Shown here: positions 41,084 to 48,519 of the stretch, in pieces
How positions within the stretch are numbered: position 1 is the first letter of the stretch
How the letters are laid out: each line of letters begins with the position of its first letter
Virus record (IMG/VR): IMGVR_UViG_3300024239_000003
Coordinates: 1-62,411 of that record
Length of the DNA stretch: 62,411 bases
Direction: 5' to 3' (one strand)
DNA from: a virus
Notes under the pieces: generated by a model
Databases searched by the model: none
What the model saw: the letters and a program-made list of their open reading frames with translations, nothing else
Told to the model about the DNA's origin: nothing
Translations under genes and position numbers: made by a program

Positions 41084-41247
41084 GACTCGCGCCACCGCGC
41101 GGTAAACCCGCCGATCTTGACCGGCGCCGGGAAGGTGCCGGCCTGGATGTAGCGGTAGATCGTAGAGGAGCCCAGCCCGGTCTTCGTCTTCACGTCGCGC
41201 AGGCGGAGCAGGCGATCACCGGACTGGATGGAATGAGCAGACGACAA
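41014..41247 (-). CDS. xis: AlpA/Xis-type excisionase-regulator
   Basis: LLRLRDVKTKTGLGSSTIYRYIQAGTFPAPVKIGGFTARWRESQVEAWI is the AlpA-family HTH. TTG 41247 follows AGGAGGG. The 3' end overlaps the int 3' end by 70 nt (convergent genes). Confidence 0.8.
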   Translation of the reverse strand: MSSAHSIQSGDRLLRLRDVKTKTGLGSSTIYRYIQAGTFPAPVKIGGFTARWRESQVEAWIDALPRLRPETTSSSGI

Positions 41248-41260
41248 GGAGCCCTCCTGT

Positions 41261-41275
41261 TTGCGAAATCGAAAC
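41261..41275 (+). promoter_or_regulatory. Motif TTGCGAAATCGAAAC (exact copy 1), nested in a 10-bp IR CCTGTTTGCG...CGCAAACAGG
   Basis: Lies immediately upstream of the xis start. Identical 15-mer to the one at 48435-48449 on the other strand. Confidence 0.5.
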
Positions 41276-41330
41276 GCTCGATAGCACGACGCAAACAGGA
41301 GGGAAAGGGACAAGGTGGGGCGCAGCAGGA

Positions 41331-41489
41331 TTAGAAATGGCACCCCCACTGCCATCCGATCAGGCTCTTGATCAGCGGGAGGGCCAGCGCGGCGCCGCCA
41401 ATGACCGTCGCGGCGATCAATGCCGATCCCCAGGTAATGGCCCTGACGCGCAGTATGCTCCGGTTTATTTCGTTCAGACTCTTTTTCAT
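41331..41489 (-). CDS. Small membrane protein (52 aa; below the ORF-track cutoff)
   Basis: Hand-translated: MKKSLNEINRSILRVRAITWGSALIAATVIGGAALALPLIKSLIGWQWGCHF. SD GAGGTG upstream. Confidence 0.55.
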   Translation of the reverse strand: MKKSLNEINRSILRVRAITWGSALIAATVIGGAALALPLIKSLIGWQWGCHF

Positions 41490-41519
41490 GCCTTCACCTC
41501 GACCAGCTTCGCAGGATGT

Positions 41520-41657
41520 TCATTTGACTTCGGCCTCCGGCCAGATCACCCGAGCGGCGGCCAGCGCCTCGTCAAAGTCCATCTTGGCGCCGACCATGAA
41601 GAACGGCTTCCGGCCAGGAAGGCAGACGAGCCAGCAGGATTTGCTTTCGGTAGCCAT
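41520..41657 (-). CDS. Small protein (45 aa; below the ORF-track cutoff)
   Basis: MATESKSCWLVCLPGRKPFFMVGAKMDFDEALAAARVIWPEAEVK. SD GGAGGG lies in the end of the upstream gene. Confidence 0.45.
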   Translation of the reverse strand: MATESKSCWLVCLPGRKPFFMVGAKMDFDEALAAARVIWPEAEVK

Positions 41658-41660
41658 GGA

Positions 41661-42164
41661 TCAGGCCCTCCACTCGACGAGCTGGGTGTCGTAACCGAGC
41701 ATGAGCGGGTGCTTGGGATCGCCGCGCTTGGTCAGGCCCAGGTGGCAAATCGGCTTCGCTGGGTGCCGCAGCAGGTGGAGCACGTCGCTCGGGCGGTCGC
41801 GCAGCACCTTCGGGATTTTCCCTCGGTCGCCCCAGCACGGCACCAGCAGATCGGCGTTTCGGATGATGTCGAGCAGGTATCGCGACTCGATGGCGAACAG
41901 CGGGCGGGTCTCGAATGGATCGAGATACGCACGGCGCAGCTCCCGCACGTCGGTCGCGCGGTAGGCGAACAGGTTGCCGACGATGATCCTGCTGTAGCCC
42001 CACCGGCGGGCGAAGCCGACCATCTTGCGGATGGTGGCGTCGTCCTCGGTGGCGTCGGCGGTGGACGGGTTAACGCCGATGAAGGCGACGACCGGCCCGG
42101 CCACGCCGGTCTCGCGCTCCAGGCGGTAGCGGTAGCGGCCGCACTCGCTGATGATGGCGCTCAC
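41661..42164 (-). CDS. DUF1643-family protein
   Basis: The N-terminus ...CGRYRYRLERE...VAFIGVNPSTADATEDDATIRK... matches my recollection of the DUF1643 pattern. Confidence 0.75.
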   Translation of the reverse strand: MSAIISECGRYRYRLERETGVAGPVVAFIGVNPSTADATEDDATIRKMVGFARRWGYSRIIVGNLFAYRATDVRELRRAYLDPFETRPLFAIESRYLLDIIRNADLLVPCWGDRGKIPKVLRDRPSDVLHLLRHPAKPICHLGLTKRGDPKHPLMLGYDTQLVEWRA

Positions 42165-43498
42165 GCCGCACCCCCTTCGCCGGCCGGCAGCGCTTCCTCG
42201 GGCAGCCCAGGGCGCATGCTCGTGTTGGCGCCCAGGATCGCGGCGTGCCAGTTGTTCATCGCGGCCGCCGTGCTGATGCAGTGGTGCAAGGCCTTCTCGG
42301 TGTCGCCGGCGAGCTGCGCCATCATGGCCTTCTGCGCGAGGTAGCCGATCAGCCAGAACCAGTCGGCCGGCTGCTTCCCTTCGTCGTGGTTGCCGCCCCA
42401 GCGCTCGCGCTGGTGCGCCGCCTCCAGCACCGCGCCCTTGGCGAAGTCGTGAAGCTCGGGGCTGTCGATCAGGCCGCGCAGCCGCTCGTTCTCCTTCGCC
42501 TCGTCGCGGTAGCGGTTCTCCCAGTACCGTTCGGACGGATGGACCAAATGCCGGCGCCAGGAGGCATCGAGTGCCGCCATCCGGCGCCCGTGCAGGGCGA
42601 CGGTCATAAGCTGGTCTTCTGTCACCGTGCAGCCACGCTCACGCCAGTGCGCTACCTGCGCGTCGTGCGGGTCCTTGAAGTAGTTGATCGCCTTGTGCGG
42701 CTGACCGTGCTTCGGATGTTCGGCAGTGGCGAGATAGGCCACCACCTCCACCTCGCCGAGGTCTTCCGGCTTCAGCTCCCAGCCCTGGGATGCGGCCGCT
42801 TCGGCAAGGCATTCCGGCGAGTGATCGCCCGTCGTTGTTCCGCAGTTGGTGCCCTGGCAACCAACAGCCTCTTCCGGTTCGGCGAGCTGGCGGATCGCGT
42901 CTCGCCATCCCTCAAGCCCCGACTTCGGCTCTGCCTGCTCGCCCTGCGCTGCGAGACACTTCCCAGCCTCGTCGAAATGGTCGGGACCGACGCCTTTGGC
43001 GAAACATCCGTAGCAGAGGATTCTGTCACCGGGCTTTTCCTCTTCCGGCGCCGGGGAGGGTTGCGCCAGGGCGGCACGGGCTTGCCACGCTTCCCACGCC
43101 CATTGAGTCGGCGGCATGTAGAGGTCTGGTCGCAGGTACTGCCGATCCATCGGTAAATGCGTAGCCCACGCCTCGAACGCCGCGCGCTCATCCCCGCCTG
43201 CCTGCTCTCCCGATGCCGGATGCACCGGGCACGGATGGCGGAGCGATCCGTCGCCGCTCGGGCATGTGCAGCCCGCCGAGCGGTGTTGGGCAATGGCCGC
43301 CGGCAGCATGTCCAGGCACTTCTGCCGGTTGCGCCACGCGGTAGGCTCGTCGCGGTTCTCCACCGTTACACCTGTTGGGAGATGGGTAATGCGCACCGCT
43401 GTTCGGCTGGTGTGGAAAAAGCCGCTGTGCTCGCCAGCGTGGAAGGTGTCGATGCGAATGCTATCGGCCGTGATGACGACCGTTTCGTCGGTTTTCAT
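42161..43498 (-). CDS. Multidomain protein with an N-terminal class-I release-factor (RF-1/GGQ-type) domain that lacks GGQ
   Basis: [52 protein letters not shown] aligns with RF [50 protein letters not shown]. GGQ is replaced (codons 43418-43429). Cys-rich middle region. The C-terminus carries HQRERWG...[13 protein letters not shown]. Confidence 0.8.
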   Translation of the reverse strand: [445 protein letters not shown]

Positions 43499-44376
43499 GC
43501 GGGGATTGCCTCTTGTTGTTCGCCGGGCAGCGGGAGCACGCCATCGGCGGTGGCTTCTTGGATGCGCTCGAACAGCCTGCGCAGTCGTTGGACCTCGGCG
43601 TCTTCGGCAAGGCGCCGGGCGGCCTGCCGGACGGCGTCACACAGCTCGCTCGTCGTGGTTTCCGCTGGCAGGCCAAGCGCTTTGGCCAGATCGCGCAGCT
43701 CGGCGGACAGGTAAGCGCTTTCGGCCTCGATGCGCTCGCGCGCCCACTTCAGCTCGCGGTGTGTTCCGGCGTTGATCTCCTGGCGCTGTTCCTCGGCGTG
43801 CCGGATCGCGTTCTCTACGCCCTCGCGCGATCTCATAGCCTGGGCGATCAGCTCGGCGATCTCGCCGCCGACTTTCTTCCGCAGCATCTGCTGCACCGTC
43901 CAAGAGTTCGGCGCGTGGCGTAGCCTGGGCTCGTCGCGCTGCTTTACGGCGCGCTCGATGCCGTCGATCACCAGCTTCATCCAGGCTTCATGCGGAAGCG
44001 TTTCGATCACCTGCATGGTCGGCCGCTTGACCGTGCGCCATACCTCGTCGTGGCGAACGATCAGACCGCAGCCGGCCGGCACGTCGGCCTTGTTGATCAG
44101 CCCGGCGGGCACCGCGAAGATCACGCCGCTGGAGAACTTCAGGTAGCCCTGCCACTTTCCGGAGGTGACATCGCTTCGGAAGTCGCTGACGCTGACCTTC
44201 ACCTCGTAGGTCACGGGCGCGAAGGTCGAGTAGCGCTTCTTCAGCAGGTACACGTCCGGGCGGATGGAGCCCGAAGGCCCCATCTGCATGTTCTCCCAAA
44301 CGATGTGCTCGGGATTCACCCGGAGGCTCTGTGCGAGGTCGTGGGCCAGCTCGTCATGACCCCACGCCCGGCTCAC
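43495..44376 (-). CDS. PD-(D/E)xK nuclease-like protein (MmcB-like)
   Basis: ...IRPDVYLLKK...VTYEVKVSVSDFRSD... gives a D...E-x-K arrangement. The C-terminal half is coiled coil. Confidence 0.65.
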   Translation of the reverse strand: MSRAWGHDELAHDLAQSLRVNPEHIVWENMQMGPSGSIRPDVYLLKKRYSTFAPVTYEVKVSVSDFRSDVTSGKWQGYLKFSSGVIFAVPAGLINKADVPAGCGLIVRHDEVWRTVKRPTMQVIETLPHEAWMKLVIDGIERAVKQRDEPRLRHAPNSWTVQQMLRKKVGGEIAELIAQAMRSREGVENAIRHAEEQRQEINAGTHRELKWARERIEAESAYLSAELRDLAKALGLPAETTTSELCDAVRQAARRLAEDAEVQRLRRLFERIQEATADGVLPLPGEQQEAIPA

Positions 44377-44759
44377 ACGGCACCGCCTTCGCCGGCCTTG
44401 TCGGCGTGATCGTTCATCGCCCTGACCATGGCGAGGACCTGGGCGTCGTTCAGTTGCTCAGGTTTCAGGTTCCGAAGCGTGTCGCGGGCGTTCTCCAGCC
44501 TGACACGACGCCGGGCCTCCTTCGTCGGCTTTTCCAGGGAGTCGCTGCTGCCCCACCTGGGCGGGCTCTCGTACTGGCGGCCGTCCTTTCGGCGGAAGCG
44601 ACGATTACCTTCGAGCACGATCAGCGTTGGAGTGACACGGGCAACCTTGGCGACGCAATCTCGATTGTGAAAGCCGTAGCCGGATTTCAGGATCACGGCG
44701 TCGCCGGGCTTCAGGCTCTCCAACCACTCGTCGTAGGCTTTCCGCTCCGCGATATTCAT
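44373..44759 (-). CDS. Hypothetical protein (128 aa)
   Basis: ATG 44759 after GGAGGG. Upstream of it the tracked ORF reads as off-frame text. Confidence 0.65.
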   Translation of the reverse strand: MNIAERKAYDEWLESLKPGDAVILKSGYGFHNRDCVAKVARVTPTLIVLEGNRRFRRKDGRQYESPPRWGSSDSLEKPTKEARRRVRLENARDTLRNLKPEQLNDAQVLAMVRAMNDHADKAGEGGAV

Positions 44760-45208
44760 TCCGGCATGCCCTCCACCTGCTGCACCAGGGAGGAGCCGCA
44801 GTCCGGGCAGCCGCAGCGCGCCGCCGGGCGATCCATGGTTTCGCACCAGCGGCCAGCCGGGAAGCCGATGTCGGCGAACGGATCGACCCACAGACCATGC
44901 TTCAGGGCGATGTGCATGGTCTTCTCGGCGAAGTGCATCCACTCCTGGCTCGTCGTCACCGCGACTTCATCCATCCAGGCCATGTGCGGATCGAGCTTTT
45001 CCACCAGCTCGGGGTTGTGGTTGAGTTCGGCGCTGAAACGCAGCAGGCGGGCCTCGCGCAGCAGCTCCAGGCGGTTGATGCCCTTGATCGAGGCGTCCAC
45101 CTCGGCGACGGCGCAGTGCTCGACGGCCTCGCGCAGCTCGCGCCATTGCGCGGCCTCGGTTTCGGTCGTGGCTTCGGCGATGCGTTGGTCAATCAGACTC
45201 AGGTTCAT
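44756..45208 (-). CDS. Hypothetical protein (150 aa)
   Basis: ATG 45208 after GAGGAAACGAACC. Begins MNLSLIDQRIAEATTETEAAQWRELREAVEH... Confidence 0.7.
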   Translation of the reverse strand: MNLSLIDQRIAEATTETEAAQWRELREAVEHCAVAEVDASIKGINRLELLREARLLRFSAELNHNPELVEKLDPHMAWMDEVAVTTSQEWMHFAEKTMHIALKHGLWVDPFADIGFPAGRWCETMDRPAARCGCPDCGSSLVQQVEGMPE

Positions 45209-45464
45209 GGTTCGTTTCCTCGTAGAGTTTTTCGTTGTAGATGCAGCTCCCGCCTCCGCGCCGATGAGGCGCACCACGGATCGAGAACCAGACACCATCG
45301 CAGTGACAGAGCTTGCTCTTGGCGCGCCAGGGCCGGCTGTTCGCCCACTTGTCCACCCGGTAGGTGCCGCCGCACGGGCAGCGCCTGGGGCGCAGGTACT
45401 CCTCCGGCCGCTGGCTCAGGGTTTTTCGGGCGCCGCACTTGCGGCATCGGCAGTGGATTCGCAT
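45189..45464 (-). CDS. Cys-rich (zinc-ribbon-like) small protein
   Basis: MRIHCRCRKCGARKTL...RRCPCGGTYRVDKW...CHCDG contains several CxxC-type pairs. Confidence 0.6.
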   Translation of the reverse strand: MRIHCRCRKCGARKTLSQRPEEYLRPRRCPCGGTYRVDKWANSRPWRAKSKLCHCDGVWFSIRGAPHRRGGGSCIYNEKLYEETNHEPESD

Positions 45465-45670
45465 TGCGCTCCCTGCTTCTGGCGGTCTTCGAACTCGATC
45501 ACCTCGGAAAGGCGGTAGGTCACGCCCTGGCCGAAGCCCCCTTTCTTGCCGAGCGGATAGGAGGGCGGCACCTTGCCGCCTCCTTCCTTGCGCCAGCGCT
45601 TGATCGTGCGCTCCGATTTGCCCCAGCGCACCGCAAGCTCCCGCTCGGAGATCATGCGGTCGTCGGTCAT
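45416..45670 (-). CDS. Small HTH DNA-binding protein
   Basis: ISERELAVRWGKSERTIKRWRKEG is an MerR/Xis-like HTH. Confidence 0.7.
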   Translation of the reverse strand: MTDDRMISERELAVRWGKSERTIKRWRKEGGGKVPPSYPLGKKGGFGQGVTYRLSEVIEFEDRQKQGAQCESTADAASAAPEKP

Positions 45671-46380
45671 ACGCGGACGCTCACGCTCTTGTCCTCGTAG
45701 GGTTCGCAGCCCGGAATGCTCAGGCTGCCCTTCAGCGCCTTCGCCAGCCCGTCGAGGACCTGCTGATTGACTTCGAGGAGCGCCATGTCGGCGCGGCCCT
45801 CGGCCACGGCCTTGATCAGCGCCATCTTGTCGGTCACGCGGCCTTTCCAGACCGAGCGGGTGCTGATGCCGGAGAGCTTGGTCTGCTCGGCCTGGGGAAC
45901 GACGGGCGCGAAGGTCAGCTCCTCGCTGATCGCGGCGGCGGCTTCGTGGTCGCCGGCAGCCTCGGCCTCGGCGATGCGCTCCTGGCGCTCCTCCTCCTGG
46001 CGCTGGCGCTCGGCCTCTGCCTCGGCGTTGATCCGGCGCTGCTCTTCTTCGATGCGGCGCTGCTCGGCCGCCTGGAAGTTCACGATGGCGCCCTTCAGCA
46101 CCTTCTCGGCGTTCGCCAGGAAGTCGAGCGGCCGCTTGAAATGCTTGTCGATGGCGCGGCCTTCTTCCAGGCTCGGCTTCTTCAGAGTGGTGCGCAGGTT
46201 GTCGAGGTCCTTGGCCTTGGCCTTGATCGACTTCAGGTCCTCGGCGGCGGCCTCGGCCATCTCCGGGGAGTCGATGACGTAGGACTTCGCCACCTGTTCC
46301 CAGTTGATGGCCTCCTTCTCGGCGGCCATGGCCTCTTTGCTGTCGGTGATGATGGCGGGGAGCTTGATTTCAGTTGCCAT
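45667..46380 (-). CDS. Hypothetical coiled-coil protein adjacent to the recombination genes
   Basis: 237 aa with a central E/R/Q-rich helix (QRRIEEEQRRINAEAEAERQRQEEERQERIAEAEAA). Confidence 0.75.
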   Translation of the reverse strand: MATEIKLPAIITDSKEAMAAEKEAINWEQVAKSYVIDSPEMAEAAAEDLKSIKAKAKDLDNLRTTLKKPSLEEGRAIDKHFKRPLDFLANAEKVLKGAIVNFQAAEQRRIEEEQRRINAEAEAERQRQEEERQERIAEAEAAGDHEAAAAISEELTFAPVVPQAEQTKLSGISTRSVWKGRVTDKMALIKAVAEGRADMALLEVNQQVLDGLAKALKGSLSIPGCEPYEDKSVSVRV

Positions 46381-46954
46381 TGCGGAGTCTCCAATGGTGG
46401 CAAGTAAGGGCCGCGAGGAAGACCGAGCGGTCGTCTCGGGCGGTCATGGGTTCAAAGCGGTATTGATCGGTGCCCAGGCGGAGGATCACCCGGTCATCGG
46501 TTTTCAGCCCGTCCTGCTCCTCCAGGGCGAGGTCGTAGGCGGCCGTCTGCAAGCCCATCACGGGGTACACGTCGGCCGTGGTCTTGATGTCCGCGAGCGT
46601 GGCGCGCCCGTTCAGGTAGCCCCACAGGTCGAGCGTGCCGGCGAAGCGATACTTGCGGCTGAGGACGCGACGCTCGGTCAGGACAACCTCGAAACCGCTC
46701 TGCTCCAGAAACAGCAGGTACTGGTCCACATACGGGCGCGCCTCGTCGTCGAGCGCGTCGTAGTCGAGCGTTCCGTGGTTGACCTGCTCGCAGGCGGTAT
46801 GCACGGCCGTGCCGAGCGCTGCCTTGCGGGCCAGCACCTCCGGCGGGATGTGGCTGAGGTCATTCAGCGGCTTCAGGATCGTGGTGACGCCCGGAATGAC
46901 CTTGCCGTCCAGCCGGTAGGTGTGGGTTGCGGCGTCGAACGTCAGGCCGCTCAC
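46370..46954 (-). CDS. PD-(D/E)xK exonuclease (RecB/Cas4-like phage exonuclease)
   Basis: ...HTYRLDGKVIPGVTTIL...GTAVH...FAGTLDLWGYLNGRATLADIKT... gives D...D-x-K catalytic spacing. Lies next to ERF. Confidence 0.75.
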   Translation of the reverse strand: MSGLTFDAATHTYRLDGKVIPGVTTILKPLNDLSHIPPEVLARKAALGTAVHTACEQVNHGTLDYDALDDEARPYVDQYLLFLEQSGFEVVLTERRVLSRKYRFAGTLDLWGYLNGRATLADIKTTADVYPVMGLQTAAYDLALEEQDGLKTDDRVILRLGTDQYRFEPMTARDDRSVFLAALTCHHWRLRNGN

Positions 46955-47691
46955 GACTTGATCCAGTCCATCGCGTCGTTGACGAGCGAGCGCGGGATGT
47001 CTTCGAGCGCGGCGACGCCGAAGTGCTCCAGCAGCGCCTCGACGCTCTTGTCGGCGGCGGCCAGCTTCGTATGGAGCATCTTGATCATGCCATCGGTCAG
47101 GCCGGCGCTACCGGCCGGCGCCTCGGGGTTGGCCGGCTGCTGCTCGACCTGCTGCTCGACCTGCTGCTTCGCCGGCGCCTGCTTCTGCCCTGGTTTGTTG
47201 GTGCGCGGGCTGCGCGGCTTGCTCTTGCCGGTCGGCTCGTCTTCCGGCTGCTGGCCGTTCTCGTCGAGATCGTCATCGGCGGAGACGCCGAGGATCGCGG
47301 TCACGGCATAGCGGCGCAGGTAGCTGATTTCGGCGCCGTAGTGCTTCAGGTCGGCCATGGCCGCCGGGTCGTGCAGCGGAATCGACGAAGTGATGACGCC
47401 GCCATCGGCGTGCATCAGCATCGTGTCGAGGTAGACGCCGCCATTGTCCTCGCGGATCGGCTGCACCAGGGCGAGCCCGTTCGCAGCGAGCGCCGGACGG
47501 GTGGCGGCCAGAATGGTCTCCAGATCGGCATAGCGGAACTGGTAGGAGGTTTCCTGCTGGGTGTGCTTGTTGCGGCCGCGAATGGTGACATCGCGGTTCT
47601 TGGCGATTGGCTTGAACTCGCCTTGAGCTTTCGCCAGGGCAGCATAGAGCGCGGGCATGGGATCGCGCGCCGGAACGGCGTTTTCTTCCAT
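46951..47691 (-). CDS. erf: ERF-family single-strand annealing protein
   Basis: ...ALAKAQGEFKPIAKNRDV...SYQFRYADLETILAATRPALAANGLAL... is the ERF signature. ATG 47691. Confidence 0.85.
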   Translation of the reverse strand: MEENAVPARDPMPALYAALAKAQGEFKPIAKNRDVTIRGRNKHTQQETSYQFRYADLETILAATRPALAANGLALVQPIREDNGGVYLDTMLMHADGGVITSSIPLHDPAAMADLKHYGAEISYLRRYAVTAILGVSADDDLDENGQQPEDEPTGKSKPRSPRTNKPGQKQAPAKQQVEQQVEQQPANPEAPAGSAGLTDGMIKMLHTKLAAADKSVEALLEHFGVAALEDIPRSLVNDAMDWIKS

Positions 47692-47762
47692 CGGGGATTG
47701 CCTCGGATTGTCGGTTGATTTGGGGCGCGTCTTGCGCCGTCGTTCCGATAGTAGATCAACCT

Positions 47763-47779
47763 GTTTGCGTTTTGCAAAC
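47763..47779. promoter_or_regulatory. Perfect palindrome GTTTGC-GTTTT-GCAAAC between the repressor gene and the ERF operon
   Basis: Overlaps a minus-strand promoter candidate (TTGCAA, 18 nt, TACTAT) for the ERF operon and a plus-strand candidate (TTGCGT, 17 nt, CAAATA). Confidence 0.5.
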
Positions 47780-47821
47780 ACCTTTGGCAAATAGAAAGCG
47801 CATCGAGTGCGCTTTGCTGAT

Positions 47822-48397
47822 TCAGTGGCGGGTTATGAGGACCGGCGAGGCAGAGGCCACGCGCTCGTTGAGCAGGGTATTGATGCCGAAGAGATTGAAG
47901 GTCCCAGGAGTGTATCCGCGCCTGATGGTTGCCGGGAGCTGCCGACCGTCGGCGAGCTTCACTACGCAATACCGATCCAGAAGCTCCTCGGGGGCGTGCT
48001 CGCCATTGCAGAACATCACCCACCCATCCATGAAGCCGAGCGGGCTTTCGGCGGTGCGGGCCTGGACTGCGAAAACCTCTGACGGCATCCCGTCTGGCAC
48101 CATCACGCGCTCGATGGAGTCCTTCTCCACCTCCGTGATGAAGCCGTTGCCGTTGAGCACGCCGACCACCTTGCAGCGACGAGCGGTAGCCTCGACGATG
48201 CCGGCCGCCGCCATGACCTCGTTGAGTGGGGCGCCAAGGAGCTGCGATATGCGCACAGCCTCGGCCATCTGCATGCGGCGCTTCCCGTTGAAGGTCAGCG
48301 AGAGCTGCGACGGCAGGACATCCATGCGCTTCGCCAACTGGCGGAGCGACATGCCCTTGCTGACGAGCAGATCGTCGAAGAAAGCCTTGTTCACCAT
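47822..48397 (-). CDS. CI-like repressor (N-terminal XRE HTH)
   Basis: LVSKGMSLRQLAKRMDVLPSQLSLTFNGKRRMQMAEAVRISQLLG is an XRE-type HTH. Transcribed divergently from a Cro-like gene. Confidence 0.8.
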   Translation of the reverse strand: MVNKAFFDDLLVSKGMSLRQLAKRMDVLPSQLSLTFNGKRRMQMAEAVRISQLLGAPLNEVMAAAGIVEATARRCKVVGVLNGNGFITEVEKDSIERVMVPDGMPSEVFAVQARTAESPLGFMDGWVMFCNGEHAPEELLDRYCVVKLADGRQLPATIRRGYTPGTFNLFGINTLLNERVASASPVLITRH

Positions 48398-48434
48398 ACT
48401 GCACTCCAGAATCTGAGCCCCTTATGCACCGCCT

Positions 48435-48485
48435 GTTTCGATTTCGCAATTGCTTTTCTTGAATCGGCGTTTCGATTATGCAAAC
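48435..48485 (-). promoter_or_regulatory. Immunity-switch region with two motif copies: TTGCGAAATCGAAAC (48435-49) and GTTTGCATAATCGAAAC (48469-85)
   Basis: Both read on the minus strand, upstream of the repressor gene. CATAAG lies 17 nt after TTGCGA. Confidence 0.5.
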
Positions 48486-48519
48486 ATTGCCCCGGAATCA
48501 TCGACACCCAGGTGGGAAA

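Noticed and set aside
47822-48397. LexA/S24-type autocleavage domain in the CI-like repressor
   Set aside because: I cannot find the Ala-Gly cleavage site or the Ser...Lys dyad (G-D-S-M type) in the C-terminal half. Only the N-terminal HTH is supported.
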